64,000 bases of DNA from Macrostomum lignano (taxonomy: Eukaryota). Location: the NCBI GenBank assembly GCA_002269645.1, contig NIVC01000010.1:124001-188000 (forward strand), in the 5' to 3' direction. Within the stretch, counting starts at the first letter, position 1. Every line of letters starts with the position of its first letter. The position numbers were made by a program, and so were the translations under genes. The notes beneath the pieces are model-generated. The model was not told the DNA's origin. It was given only the letters and a program-made list of their open reading frames with translations, and made no database searches. Of this stretch, positions 41,775 to 58,000 are shown piece after piece.

Positions 41775-41995
41775 AAGACACCGGGTAAGACAGTTAGACA
41801 CTGGGTAAGACAGTTAGACACCGGGTAAGGCAGTTAGACACCGGGTAAGACAGTTAGACACCGGGTAAGATAGTTAGACACCGGGTAAGATAGTTAGACA
41901 CCGGGTAAGATAGTTAAACACCGAATAAGATAGTTAGACACCGGGTAAGATAGTTAGACACCGGGTAAGACAGTTGGACACTTGGTAAGACAGTT
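41775..41995. repeat. 20-bp minisatellite (GACACCGGGTAAGACAGTTA)
   Basis: Direct reading. Confidence 0.92.
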
Positions 41996-41999
41996 ACTT

Positions 42000-42482
42000 A
42001 GACACCAGGTGAGACACCTGACATCAGCAGGTGATACACCTGACATCAGCAGGTGAGACACCTGACATCAGCAGGTAAGAAACCTGGCATCAGCAGGTGA
42101 GACACCTGACATCAGCAGGTGAGACACCTGACATCAGCAGGTGAGACACCTGACATCAGCAGGTGAGACACCTGACACCAGCAGGTGAGACACCTGACAT
42201 CAGCAGGTAAGAAACCTGGCATCAGCAGGGGAGACACCTGACATCAGCAGGTGAGACACCTGACATCAGCAGGTAAGAAACAAGGCATCAGCAGGTGAGA
42301 CACCTGACACCAGCAGGTGAGACACCTGACATCAGCAGGTAAGAAACCTGGCATCAGCAGGTGAGACACCTGACATCAGCAGGTGAGACACCTGACATCA
42401 GCAGGTAAGAAACCTGGCATCAGCAGGGGAGACACCTGACATCAGCAGGTAAGAAACCTGGCATCAGCAGGGGAGACACCTG
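42000..42482. repeat. 22-bp minisatellite (GTGAGACACCTGACATCAGCAG / GTAAGAAACCTGGCATCAGCAG)
   Basis: Direct reading; two interspersed variants. Confidence 0.93.
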
Positions 42483-43074
42483 ATATGATGATAGCTAGGT
42501 TTAACTAAACAAAAATATATGAAGAATATTAACGGCATCACAAATATATCGCTACTAATACCAGTACAATTAAGTCCAGTTAGTTATAGATTTCTTACTC
42601 TTCAAACTCTCCCTCTTCTGCCATATACTGAGTCCCCTGTCTCTCCTCTCTTTTCCTTAACGAACAATGCAGACCGGAAGTGCTCCTAGGCCTGCAGGGT
42701 CCGTTTGAGAAGCAGTCGCTCCACCTCACCTCCCAGTCGCAAGAAGGTCTTTCACTCGCTTAGAGTGAGTCGGACAGGGAAATTCTATAGGTCATATGGC
42801 CTGCATGACTGTGGTAGGTTCCCAACAGCGCGATCCTGCAGCCATCCATCTTGCCTCTGTTGCTGCCCTGTCAGGAAATTTCTATTTGACGGACAACTAT
42901 TAGGTAAAGGAGAGTATAGGAGAGTATAAATCTTCGAGTAGGGCTAGAGGCAAAACTCACGGGTAGTTTTTTTTAATTGTCAATCCTTTTCAGAGTTACC
43001 AACATTTTCACATCAGACGCACTTATACATGTATAAATTTACCATTTTATCTATCCATATTTTATGGATATTTC

Positions 43075-46000
43075 ATTGAGACACACTTCAGAATGCAGGC
43101 TTATTTGATTGAGACACACTTCAGAATGCAGGCTTATTTGATTGAGACACACTTCAGAATTCGGGCTTATTTGATTGAGACACACTTCAGAATGCGGGCT
43201 TATTTGATTGAGACACACTTCAGAATTCGGGCTTATTTGATTGAGACACACTTCAGATTGTGCGCTTATTTGTTTCAGACACGCTTCAGATTGTGCGCTT
43301 ATTTGATTCAGACACACTTCAGATTGTGCGCTTATTTGATTCAGACACACTTCAGATTGTGCGCTTATTTGATTGAGACACACTTCAGATTGTGCGCTTA
43401 TTTGATTCAGACACACTTCAGATTGTGCGCTTATTTGATTCAGACACACTTCAGATTGTGCGCTTATTTGATTGAGACACACTTGAGAATTTGCACTTAT
43501 TTGATTGAGACACACTTCAGATTGTGCGCTTATTTGATTCAGACACACTTCAGATTGTGCGCTTATTTGATTGAGACACACTTGAGAATTTGCACTTATT
43601 TGATTGAGACACACTTCAGATTGTGCGCTTATTTGATTCAGACACACTTCAGAATGCAGGCTTATTTGATTGAGACACACTTCAGAATGCAGGCTTATTT
43701 GATTGAGACACACTTCAGAATGCAGGCTTATTTGATTGAGACACACTTCAGAATGCAGGCTTATTTGATTGAGACACACTTCAGAATGCAGGCTTATTTG
43801 ATTGAGACACACTTCAGAATGCGGGCTTATTTGATTGAGACACACTTCAGAATGCAGGCTTATTTGATTGAGACACACTTCAGAATGCGCACTTATTTGA
43901 TTGAGACACACTTCAGAATGCGGGCTTATTTGATTGAGACACACTTCAGAATGCGCACTTATTTGATTGAGACACACTTCAGATTGTGCGCTTATTTGAT
44001 TGAGACACAATTCAGAATGCGCACTTATTTGATTGAGACACACTTCAGAATGAGGGCTTATTTGATTGAGACACACTTCAGATTGTGCGCTTATTTGATT
44101 GAGACACAATTCAGAATGCGCACTTATTTGATTGAGACACACTTCAGAATGAGGGCTTATTTGATTGAGACACACTTCAGAATGCGCACTTATTTGATTG
44201 AGACACAATTCAGAATGCGCACTTATTTGATTGAGACACACTTCAGAATGAGGGCTTATTTGATTGAGACACACTTCAAAATGCAGGCTTATTTGATTGA
44301 GACACACTTCAGATTGTGCGCTTATTTGATTCAGACACACTTCAGATTGTGCGCTTATTTGATTGAGACACACTTGAGAATTTGCACTTATTTGATTGAG
44401 ACACACTTCAGATTGTGCGCTTATTTGATTCAGACACACTTCAGATTGTGCGCTTATTTGATTGAGACACACTTGAGAATTTGCACTTATTTGATTGAGA
44501 CACACTTCAGATTGTGCGCTTATTTGATTCAGACACACTTCAGATTGTGCGCTTATTTGATTGAGACACATTCAGAATGCAGGCTTATTTGATTGAGACA
44601 CACTTCAGAATGCAGGCTTATTTGATTCAGACACACTTCAGAATGCAGGCTTATTTGATTGAGACACACTTCAGAATGCAGGCTTATTTGATTGAGACAC
44701 ACTTCAGAATGCAGGCTTTTTGATTGAGACACACTTCAGAATGCAGGCTTATTTGATTGAGACACACTTCAGAATGCGGGCTTATTTGATTGAGACACAC
44801 TTCAGAATGCGCACTTATTTGATTGAGACACACTTCAGATTGTGCGCTTATTTGATTGAGACACAATTCAGAATGCGCACTTATTTGATTGAGACACACT
44901 TCAGATTGTGCGCTTATTTGATTGAGACACACTTCAGATTGTGCGCTTATTTGATTGAGACACAATTCAGAATGCGCACTTATTTGATTGAGACACACTT
45001 CAGAATGAGGGCTTATTTGATTGAGACACACTTCAGAATGCGGGCTTATTTGATTGAGACACACTTCAGAATTCGGGCTTATTTGATTGAGACACACTTC
45101 AGAATGCAGGCTTATTTGATTGAGACACACTTCAGAATGCAGGCTTATTTGATTGAGACACACTTCAGAATGCAGGCTTATTTGATTGAGACACACTTCA
45201 GAATGCAGGCTTATTTGATTGAGACACACTTCAGAATGCAGGCTTATTTGATTGAGACACACTTCAGAATGCAGGCTTATTTGATTGAGACACACTTCAG
45301 AATGCGCACTTATTTGATTGAGACACACTTCAGAATGAGGCTTATTTGATTGAGACACACTTCAGAATGCAGGCTTATTTGATTGAGACACACTTCAGAA
45401 TGCGCACTTATTTGATTGAGACACACTTCAGAATGCGCACTTATTTGATTGAGACACACTTCAGAATGCGGGCTTATTTGATTGAGACACACTTCAGAAT
45501 GCAGGCTTATTTGATTGAGACACACTTCAGAATGCGGCTTATTTGATTGAGACACACTTCAGAATGCAGGCTTATTTGATTGAGACACACTTCAGAATGC
45601 GGGCTTATTTGATTGAGACACACTTCAGAATGCAGGCTTATTTGATTGAGACACACTTCAGAATGCAGGCTTATTTGATTGAGACACACTTCAGAATGCG
45701 GCTTATTTGATTGAGACACACTTCAGAATGCGGCTTATTTGATTGAGACACACTTCAGAATGGGCTTATTTGATTGAGACACACTTCAGATTGTGCGCTT
45801 ATTTGATTGAGACACACTTCAGATTGTGCGCTTATTTGATTGAGACACACTTCAGATTGTGCGCTTATTTGATTGAGACACACTTCAGATTGTGCGCTTA
45901 TTTGATTGAGACACACTTCAGAATGCAGGCTTATTTGATTCAGACACACTTCAGATTGTGCGCTTATTTGATTGAGACACACTTCAGATTGTGCGCTTAT

Positions 46001-49000
46001 TTGATTGAGACACACTTCAGATTGTGCGCTTATTTGATTCAGACACACTTCAGATTGTGCGCTTATTTGATTGAGACACACTTGAGAATTTGCACTTATT
46101 TGATTGAGACACACTTCAGATTGTGCGCTTATTTGATTCAGACACACTTCAGATTGTGCGCTTATTTGATTGAGACACACTTCAGAATTTGCACTTATTT
46201 GATTGAGACACACTTCAGATTGTGCGCTTATTTGATTCAGACACACTTCAGAATGCAGGCTTATTTGATTGAGACACACTTCAGAATGCAGGCTTATTTG
46301 ATTGAGACACACTTCAGAATGCAGGCTTATTTGATTGAGACACACTTCAGAATGCGCTTATTTGATTGAGACACACTTCAGAATGCAGGCTTATTTGATT
46401 GAGACACACTTCAGAATGCGCACTTATTTGATTGAGACACACTTCAGATTGTGCGCTTATTTGATTCAGACACACTTCAGAATGCGCTTATTTGATTGAG
46501 ACACACTTCAGAATGCAGGCTTATTTGATTGAGACACACTTCAGAATGCGCACTTATTTGATTGAGACACACTTCAGAATGAGGGCTTATTTGATTGAGA
46601 CACACTTCAAAATGCAGGCTTATTTGATTGAGACACACTTCAGAATGCAGGCTTATTTGATTGAGACACACTTCAGAATGCGCACTTATTTGATTGAGAC
46701 ACACTTCAGAATGCGCACTTATTTGATTGAGACACACTTCAGAATGCGGGCTTATTTGATTGAGACACACTTCAGAATGCAGGCTTATTTGATTGAGACA
46801 CACTTCAGAATGCAGGCTTATTTGATTGAGACACACTTCAGAATGCGGGCTTATTTGATTGAGACACACTTCAGAATGCAGGCTTATTTGATTGAGACAC
46901 ACTTCAGAATGCAGGCTTATTTGATTGAGACACACTTCAGAATGCAGGCTTATTTGATTGAGACACACTTCAGAATGCGCACTTATTTGATTGAGACACA
47001 CTTCAGAATGCGGGCTTATTTGATTGAGACACACTTCAGAATGCAGGCTTATTTGATTGAGACACACTTCAGAATGGGCTTATTTGATTGAGACACACTT
47101 CAGATGCGCTTATTTGATTGAGACACACTTCAGATTGTGCGCTTATTTGATTGAGACACACTTCAGATTGTGCGCTTATTTGATTGAGACACACTTCAGA
47201 ATGCAGGCTTATTTGATTGAGACACACTTCAGATTGTGCGCTTATTTGATTGAGACACACTTCAGATTGTGCGCTTATTTGATTGAGACACACTTCAGAT
47301 TGTGCGCTTATTTGATTGAGACACACTTCAGATTGTGCGCTTATTTGATTGAGACACACTTCAAAATGCAGGCTTATTTGATTGAGACACACTTCAGATT
47401 GTGCGCTTATTTGATTGAGACACACTTCAGATTGTGCGCTTATTTGATTGAGACACACTTCAAAATGCAGGCTTATTTGATTGAGACACACTTCAGATTG
47501 TGCGCTTATTTGATTGAGACACACTTCAGAATGCAGGCTTATTTGATTGAGACACACTTCAGAATGCAGGCTTATTTGATTGAGACACACTTCAGAATGC
47601 AGGCTTATTTGATTGAGACACACTTCAGAATGCAGGCTTATTTGATTGAGACACACTTCAGAATGCAGGCTTATTTGATTGAGACACACTTCAGAATGCA
47701 GGCTTATTTGATTGAGACACACTTCAGAATGCGCACTTATTTGATTGAGACACACTTCAGAATGCGCTTATTTGATTGAGACACACTTCAGAATGCGCTT
47801 ATTTGATTGAGACACACTTCAGATGTGCGCTTATTTGATTGAGACACACTTCAGAATGCGCACTTATTTGATTGAGACACACTTCAGAATGAGGCTTATT
47901 TGATTGAGACACACTTCAGATTGTGCGCTTATTTGATTGAGACACAATTCAGAATGCGCACTTATTTGATTGAGACACACTTCAGAATGAGGGCTTATTT
48001 GATTGAGACACACTTCAGAATGAGGGCTTATTTGATTGAGACACACTTCAGATTGTGCGCTTATTTGATTGAGACACAATTCAGAATGCGCACTTATTTG
48101 ATTGAGACACACTTCAGAATGAGGGCTTATTTGATTGAGACACACTTCAGATTGTGCGCTTATTTGATTGAGACACAATTCAGAATGCGCACTTATTTGA
48201 TTGAGACACACTTCAGAATGAGGGCTTATTTGATTGAGACACACTTCAGAATGAGGGCTTATTTGATTGAGACACACTTCAGATTGTGCGCTTATTTGAT
48301 TGAGACACACTTCAGAATGCGCGCTTATTTGATTGAGACACACTTCAGATTGTGCGCTTATTTGATTGAGACACACTTCAGAATGCGCTTATTTGATTGA
48401 GACACACTTCAGAATGCGCTTATTTGATTGAGACACACTTCAGAATGAGGCTTATTTGATTGAGACACACTTCAGAATGCAGGCTTATTTGATTGAGACA
48501 CACTTCAGAATGCGCTTATTTGATTGAGACACACTTCAGAATGCGCTTATTTGATTGAGACACACTTCAGAATGCGGCTTATTTGATTGAGACACACTTC
48601 AGAATGCAGGCTTATTTGATTGAGACACACTTCAGAATGCAGGCTTATTTGATTGAGACACACTTCAGAATGCGGCTTATTTGATTGAGACACACTTCAG
48701 AATGCAGGCTTATTTGATTGAGACACACTTCAGAATGCAGGCTTATTTGATTGAGACACACTTCAGAATGCAGGCTTATTTGATTGAGACACACTTCAGA
48801 ATGCAGGCTTATTTGATTGAGACACACTTCAGAATGCGCTTATTTGATTGAGACACACTTCAGAATGCGCACTTATTTGATTGAGACACACTTCAGATGT
48901 GCGCTTATTTGATTGAGACACACTTCAGAATGCGCTTATTTGATTGAGACACACTTCAGATTGTGCGCTTATTTGATTGAGACACACTTCAGATTGTGCG

Positions 49001-52000
49001 CTTATTTGATTGAGACACACTTCAGAATGCAGGCTTATTTGATTCAGACACACTTCAGATTGTGCGCTTATTTGATTGAGACACACTTCAGATTGTGCGC
49101 TTATTTGATTGAGACACACTTCAGATTGTGCGCTTATTTGATTGAGACACACTTCAGATTGTGCGCTTATTTGATTGAGACACACTTCAGAATGCACTTA
49201 TTTGATTGAGACACACTTCAGATGTGCGCTTATTTGATTGAGACACACTTCAGATGCGCTTATTTGATTGAGACACACTTCAGAATGCACTTATTTGATT
49301 GAGACACACTTCAGAATGCGCTTATTTGATTGAGACACACTTCAGAATGCAGGCTTATTTGATTGAGACACACTTCAGAATGCAGGCTTATTTGATTGAG
49401 ACACACTTCAGAATGCAGGCTTATTTGATTGAGACACACTTCAGAATGCAGGCTTATTTGATTGAGACACACTTCAGAATGCAGGCTTATTTGATTGAGA
49501 CACACTTCAGAATGCGCTTATTTGATTGAGACACACTTCAGAATGCGCTTATTTGATTGAGACACACTTCAGAATGCGCTTATTTGATTGAGACACACTT
49601 CAGATTGATGCGCTTATTTGATTGAGACACACTTCAGAATGCGCACTTATTTGATTGAGACACACTTCAGAATGAGGCTTATTTGATTGAGACACACTTC
49701 AGAATGCGCTTATTTGATTGAGACACACTTCAGAATGCGCACTTATTTGATTGAGACACACTTCAGAATGAGGGCTTATTTGATTGAGACACACTTCAGA
49801 ATGAGGGCTTATTTGATTGAGACACACTTCAGATTGTGCGCTTATTTGATTGAGACACAATTCAGAATGCGCACTTATTTGATTGAGACACACTTCAGAA
49901 TGAGGGCTTATTTGATTGAGACACACTTCAGATTGTGCGCTTATTTGATTGAGACACACTTCAGAATGCGCACTTATTTGATTGAGACACACTTCAGAAT
50001 GAGGCTTATTTGATTGAGACACACTTCAGAATGAGGCTTATTTGATTGAGACACACTTCAGAATGCGCTTATTTGATTGAGACACATTCAGAATGCGCAC
50101 TTATTTGATTGAGACACACTTCAGAATGAGGCTTATTTGATTGAGACACACTTCAGAATGCGCACTTATTTGATTGAGACACACTTCAGAATGCGCTTAT
50201 TTGATTGAGACACACTTCAGAATGAGGCTTATTTGATTGAGACACACTTCAGAATGCAGGCTTATTTGATTGAGACACACTTCAGAATGCGCTTATTTGA
50301 TTGAGACACACTTCAGAATGCGGCTTATTTGATTGAGACACACTTCAGAATGCAGGCTTATTTGATTGAGACACACTTCAGAATGCGCTTATTTGATTGA
50401 GACACACTTCAGAATGCAGGCTTATTTGATTGAGACACACTTCAGAATGCAGGCTTATTTGATTGAGACACACTTCAGAATGCGCTTATTTGATTGAGAC
50501 ACACTTCAGAATGCGCTTATTTGATTGAGACACACTTCAGAATGGGCTTATTTGATTGAGACACACTTCAGAATGCGCTTATTTGATTGAGACACACTTC
50601 AGAATGTGCGCTTATTTGATTGAGACACACTTCAGAATGTGCGCTTATTTGATTGAGACACACTTCAGAATGCGCTTATTTGATTGAGACACACTTCAGA
50701 TTGTGCGCTTATTTGATTGAGACACACTTCAGAATTGTGCGCTTATTTGATTGAGACACACTTCAGATTGTGCGCTTATTTGATTGAGACACACTTCAGA
50801 TGTGCGCTTATTTGATTGAGACACACTTCAGAATGCACTTATTTGATTGAGACACACTTCAGATGTGCGCTTATTTGATTGAGACACACTTCAGAATGCG
50901 CTTATTTGATTGAGACACACTTCAGAATGCACTTATTTGATTGAGACACACTTCAGAATGCGCTTATTTGATTGAGACACACTTCAGAATGCAGGCTTAT
51001 TTGATTGAGACACACTTCAGAATGCAGGCTTATTTGATTGAGACACACTTCAGAATGCAGGCTTATTTGATTGAGACACACTTCAGAATGCAGGCTTATT
51101 TGATTGAGACACACTTCAGAATGCAGGCTTATTTGATTGAGACACACTTCAGAATGCAGGCTTATTTGATTGAGACACACTTCAGAATGCGCTTATTTGA
51201 TTGAGACACACTTCAGAATGCGGCTTATTTGATTGAGACACACTTCAGAATGCGGCTTATTTGATTGAGACACACTTCAGAATGCGCTTATTTGATTGAG
51301 ACACACTTCAGAATGCAGGCTTATTTGATTGAGACACACTTCAGAATGCGGCTTATTTGATTGAGACACACTTCAGAATGCAGGCTTATTTGATTGAGAC
51401 ACACTTCAGAATGCGCTTATTTGATTGAGACACACTTCAGAATGCGCTTATTTGATTGAGACACACTTCAGATGTGCGCTTATTTGATTGAGACACACTT
51501 CAGAATGCGCTTATTTGATTGAGACACACTTCAGAATGCACTTATTTGATTGAGACACACTTCAGATTGTGCGCTTATTTGATTGAGACACACTTCAGAA
51601 TGCGCTTATTTGATTGAGACACACTTCAGAATGCACTTATTTGATTGAGACACACTTCAGAATGCGCTTATTTGATTGAGACACACTTCAGAATGCAGGC
51701 TTATTTGATTGAGACACACTTCAGAATGCAGGCTTATTTGATTGAGACACACTTCAGAATGCGCTTATTTGATTGAGACACACTTCAGAATGCGGCTTAT
51801 TTGATTGAGACACACTTCAGAATGCGCTTATTTGATTGAGACACACTTCAGAATGCGCTTATTTGATTGAGACACACTTCAGAATGCGCTTATTTGATTG
51901 AGACACACTTCAGAATGCGCTTATTTGATTGAGACACACTTCAGATGTGCGCTTATTTGATTGAGACACACTTCAGAATGCGCACTTATTTGATTGAGAC

Positions 52001-55000
52001 ACACTTCAGAATGAGGGCTTATTTGATTGAGACACACTTCAGAATGCAGGCTTATTTGATTGAGACACAATTCAGAATGCGCACTTATTTGATTGAGACA
52101 CACTTCAGAATGAGGCTTATTTGATTGAGACACACTTCAGAATGAGGCTTATTTGATTGAGACACACTTCAGATTGTGCGCTTATTTGATTGAGACACAC
52201 TTCAGAATGCGCACTTATTTGATTGAGACACACTTCAGAATGAGGGCTTATTTGATTGAGACACACTTCAAAATGCAGGCTTATTTGATTGAGACACACT
52301 TCAGAATGCGCACTTATTTGATTGAGACACACTTCAGAATGAGGCTTATTTGATTGAGACACACTTCAGAATGAGGCTTATTTGATTGAGACACACTTCA
52401 GAATGCGCTTATTTGATTGAGACACACTTCAGAATGCGCACTTATTTGATTGAGACACACTTCAGAATGAGGCTTATTTGATTGAGACACACTTCAGAAT
52501 GCGCTTATTTGATTGAGACACACTTCAGAATGCGCTTATTTGATTGAGACACACTTCAGAATGCGGCTTATTTGATTGAGACACACTTCAGAATGCAGGC
52601 TTATTTGATTGAGACACACTTCAGAATGCGGCTTATTTGATTGAGACACACTTCAGAATGCGGCTTATTTGATTGAGACACACTTCAGAATGCAGGCTTA
52701 TTTGATTGAGACACACTTCAGAATGCGGCTTATTTGATTGAGACACACTTCAGAATGCAGGCTTATTTGATTGAGACACACTTCAGAATGCGGCTTATTT
52801 GATTGAGACACACTTCAGAATGCGCTTATTTGATTGAGACACACTTCAGAATGCGCTTATTTGATTGAGACACACTTCAGAATGGCGCTTATTTGATTGA
52901 GACACACTTCAGAATGCGCTTATTTGATTGAGACACACTTCAGATTGTGCGCTTATTTGATTGAGACACACTTCAGAATGTGCGCTTATTTGATTGAGAC
53001 ACACTTCAGAATGCGCTTATTTGATTGAGACACACTTCAGATTGTGCGCTTATTTGATTGAGACACACTTCAGAATGCGCTTATTTGATTGAGACACACT
53101 TCAGATGTGCGCTTATTTGATTGAGACACACTTCAGAATGTGCGCTTATTTGATTGAGACACACTTCAGAATGCACTTATTTGATTGAGACACACTTCAG
53201 ATGTGCGCTTATTTGATTGAGACACACTTCAGAATGCGCTTATTTGATTGAGACACACTTCAGAATGCACTTATTTGATTGAGACACACTTCAGAATGCG
53301 CTTATTTGATTGAGACACACTTCAGAATGCAGGCTTATTTGATTGAGACACACTTCAGAATGCAGGCTTATTTGATTGAGACACACTTCAGAATGCAGGC
53401 TTATTTGATTGAGACACACTTCAGAATGCGCTTATTTGATTGAGACACACTTCAGAATGCGGCTTATTTGATTGAGACACACTTCAGAATGCAGGCTTAT
53501 TTGATTGAGACACACTTCAGAATGCGCTTATTTGATTGAGACACACTTCAGAATGCGGCTTATTTGATTGAGACACACTTCAGAATGCGGCTTATTTGAT
53601 TGAGACACACTTCAGAATGCAGGCTTATTTGATTGAGACACACTTCAGAATGCAGGCTTATTTGATTGAGACACACTTCAGAATGCGGCTTATTTGATTG
53701 AGACACACTTCAGAATGCAGGCTTATTTGATTGAGACACACTTCAGAATGCAGGCTTATTTGATTGAGACACACTTCAGAATGCAGGCTTATTTGATTGA
53801 GACACACTTCAGAATGCGGCTTATTTGATTGAGACACACTTCAGAATGCGCTTATTTGATTGAGACACACTTCAGAATGCGCTTATTTGATTGAGACACA
53901 CTTCAGAATGCGCTTATTTGATTGAGACACACTTCAGATGCGCTTATTTGATTGAGACACACTTCAGATTGTGCGCTTATTTGATTGAGACACACTTCAA
54001 AATGCAGGCTTATTTGATTCAGACACACTTCAGATTGTGCGCTTATTTGATTGAGACACACTTCAGATGTGCGCTTATTTGATTGAGACACACTTCAGAT
54101 GCGCTTATTTGATTGAGACACACTTCAGATGTGCGCTTATTTGATTGAGACACACTTCAGAATGCACTTATTTGATTGAGACACACTTCAGATGTGCGCT
54201 TATTTGATTGAGACACACTTCAGATGTGCGCTTATTTGATTGAGACACACTTCAGAATGCACTTATTTGATTGAGACACACTTCAGATTGTGCGCTTATT
54301 TGATTGAGACACACTTCAGAATGCAGGCTTATTTGATTGAGACACACTTCAGAATGCAGGCTTATTTGATTGAGACACACTTCAGAATGCGCTTATTTGA
54401 TTGAGACACACTTCAGAATGCAGGCTTATTTGATTGAGACACACTTCAGAATGCAGCTTATTTGATTGAGACACACTTCAGAATGCGCTTATTTGATTGA
54501 GACACACTTCAGAATGCGGCTTATTTGATTGAGACACACTTCAGAATGCGCTTATTTGATTGAGACACACTTCAGAATGCGCGCTTATTTGATTGAGACA
54601 CACTTCAGAATGCGCACTTATTTGATTGAGACACACTTCAGAATGAGGCTTATTTGATTGAGACACACTTCAGAATGTGCGCTTATTTGATTGAGACACA
54701 CTTCAGAATGCGCACTTATTTGATTGAGACACACTTCAGAATGAGGCTTATTTGATTGAGACACACTTCAGAATGAGGCTTATTTGATTGAGACACACTT
54801 CAGATGCGCTTATTTGATTGAGACACACTTCAGAATGCGCACTTATTTGATTGAGACACACTTCAGAATGAGGCTTATTTGATTGAGACACACTTCAGAT
54901 GCGCTTATTTGATTGAGACACACTTCAGAATGCGCTTATTTGATTGAGACACACTTCAGAATGAGGCTTATTTGATTGAGACACACTTCAGAATGAGGCT

Positions 55001-58000
55001 TATTTGATTGAGACACACTTCAGAATGCGCTTATTTGATTGAGACACACTTCAGAATGCGCTTATTTGATTGAGACACACTTCAGAATGAGGCTTATTTG
55101 ATTGAGACACACTTCAGAATGCGCTTATTTGATTGAGACACACTTCAGAATGCGCTTATTTGATTGAGACACACTTCAGAATGAGGCTTATTTGATTGAG
55201 ACACACTTCAGAATGCAGGCTTATTTGATTGAGACACACTTCAGAATGCTTATTTGATTGAGACACACTTCAGAATGCGGCTTATTTGATTGAGACACAC
55301 TTCAGAATGCAGGCTTATTTGATTGAGACACACTTCAGAATGCGCTTATTTGATTGAGACACACTTCAGAATGCAGGCTTATTTGATTGAGACACACTTC
55401 AGAATGCAGGCTTATTTGATTGAGACACACTTCAGAATGCGGCTTATTTGATTGAGACACACTTCAGAATGCGGCTTATTTGATTGAGACACACTTCAGA
55501 ATGGGCTTATTTGATTGAGACACACTTCAGAATGCGCTTATTTGATTGAGACACACTTCAGAATGCGCTTATTTGATTGAGACACACTTCAGAATGCGCT
55601 TATTTGATTGAGACACACTTCAGAATGCAGGCTTATTTGATTGAGACACACTTCAGATGCGCTTATTTGATTGAGACACACTTCAGAATGTGCGCTTATT
55701 TGATTGAGACACACTTCAGATGTGCGCTTATTTGATTGAGACACACTTCAGAATGCGCTTATTTGATTGAGACACACTTCAGAATGCACTTATTTGATTG
55801 AGACACACTTCAGATGTGCGCTTATTTGATTGAGACACACTTCAGAATGTGCGCTTATTTGATTGAGACACACTTCAGAATGCACTTATTTGATTGAGAC
55901 ACACTTCAGATGTGCGCTTATTTGATTGAGACACACTTCAGAATGCAGGCTTATTTGATTGAGACACACTTCAGAATGCAGGCTTATTTGATTGAGACAC
56001 ACTTCAGAATGCAGGCTTATTTGATTGAGACACACTTCAGAATGCAGGCTTATTTGATTGAGACACACTTCAGAATGCAGGCTTATTTGATTGAGACACA
56101 CTTCAGAATGCAGGCTTATTTGATTGAGACACACTTCAGAATGCGCTTATTTGATTGAGACACACTTCAGAATGCGGCTTATTTGATTGAGACACACTTC
56201 AGAATGCGCTTATTTGATTGAGACACACTTCATTGATTCAGTGCGCTTATTTGATTGAGACACACTTCAGAATGCGCTTATTTGATTGAGACACACTTCA
56301 GAATGAGGCTTATTTGATTGAGACACACTTCAGATGTGCGCTTATTTGATTGAGACACACTTCAGAATGCGCACTTATTTGATTGAGACACACTTCAGAA
56401 TGAGGCTTATTTGATTGAGACACACTTCAGAATGAGGCTTATTTGATTGAGACACACTTCAGATGCGCTTATTTGATTGAGACACACTTCAGAATGCGCT
56501 TATTTGATTGAGACACACTTCAGAATGAGGCTTATTTGATTGAGACACACTTCAGAATGCGCTTATTTGATTGAGACACACTTCAGAATGCGCTTATTTG
56601 ATTGAGACACACTTCAGAATGAGGCTTATTTGATTGAGACACACTTCAGAATGCAGGCTTATTTGATTGAGACACACTTCAGATGTGCGCTTATTTGATT
56701 GAGACACACTTCAGAATGCGCTTATTTGATTGAGACACACTTCAGAATGCGCTTATTTGATTGAGACACACTTCAGAATGCGCTTATTTGATTGAGACAC
56801 ACTTCAGAATGCGCTTATTTGATTGAGACACACTTCAGAATGAGGCTTATTTGATTGAGACACACTTCAGAATGTGCGCTTATTTGATTGAGACACACTT
56901 CAGAATGTGCGCTTATTTGATTGAGACACACTTCAGAATGCGCTTATTTGATTGAGACACACTTCAGAATGCAGGCTTATTTGATTGAGACACACTTCAG
57001 ATGTGCGCTTATTTGATTGAGACACACTTCAGAATGCGCTTATTTGATTGAGACACACTTCAGATGTGCGCTTATTTGATTGAGACACACTTCAGATGTG
57101 CGCTTATTTGATTGAGACACACTTCAGAATGCACTTATTTGATTGAGACACACTTCAGATGTGCGCTTATTTGATTGAGACACACTTCAGAATGCGCTTA
57201 TTTGATTGAGACACACTTCAGAATGCACTTATTTGATTGAGACACACTTCAGATGTGCGCTTATTTGATTGAGACACACTTCAGAATGCAGGCTTATTTG
57301 ATTGAGACACACTTCAGAATGCAGGCTTATTTGATTGAGACACACTTCAGAATGCAGGCTTATTTGATTGAGACACACTTCAGAATGCAGGCTTATTTGA
57401 TTGAGACACACTTCAGAATGCGCTTATTTGATTGAGACACACTTCAGAATGCGGCTTATTTGATTGAGACACACTTCAGAATGCGCTTATTTGATTGAGA
57501 CACACTTCAGATGCGCTTATTTGATTGAGACACACTTCAGAATGCGCACTTATTTGATTGAGACACACTTCAGAATGTGCGCTTATTTGATTGAGACACA
57601 CTTCAGAATGCGCTTATTTGATTGAGACACACTTCAGAATGCAGGCTTATTTGATTGAGACACACTTCAGATGTGCGCTTATTTGATTGAGACACACTTC
57701 AGAATGCGCTTATTTGATTGAGACACACTTCAGATGTGCGCTTATTTGATTGAGACACACTTCAGAATGCGCTTATTTGATTGAGACACACTTCAGAATG
57801 CACTTATTTGATTGAGACACACTTCAGATGTGCGCTTATTTGATTGAGACACACTTCAGATGTGCGCTTATTTGATTGAGACACACTTCAGAATGCACTT
57901 ATTTGATTGAGACACACTTCAGAATGCGCTTATTTGATTGAGACACACTTCAGAATGCAGGCTTATTTGATTGAGACACACTTCAGAATGCAGGCTTATT

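Noticed and set aside
42660-42930. PEVLLG kinase-like motif and possible terminal exon
   Set aside because: No DxWSxG or other kinase subdomain follows, the frame closes quickly, and neither strand gives a consistent exon.
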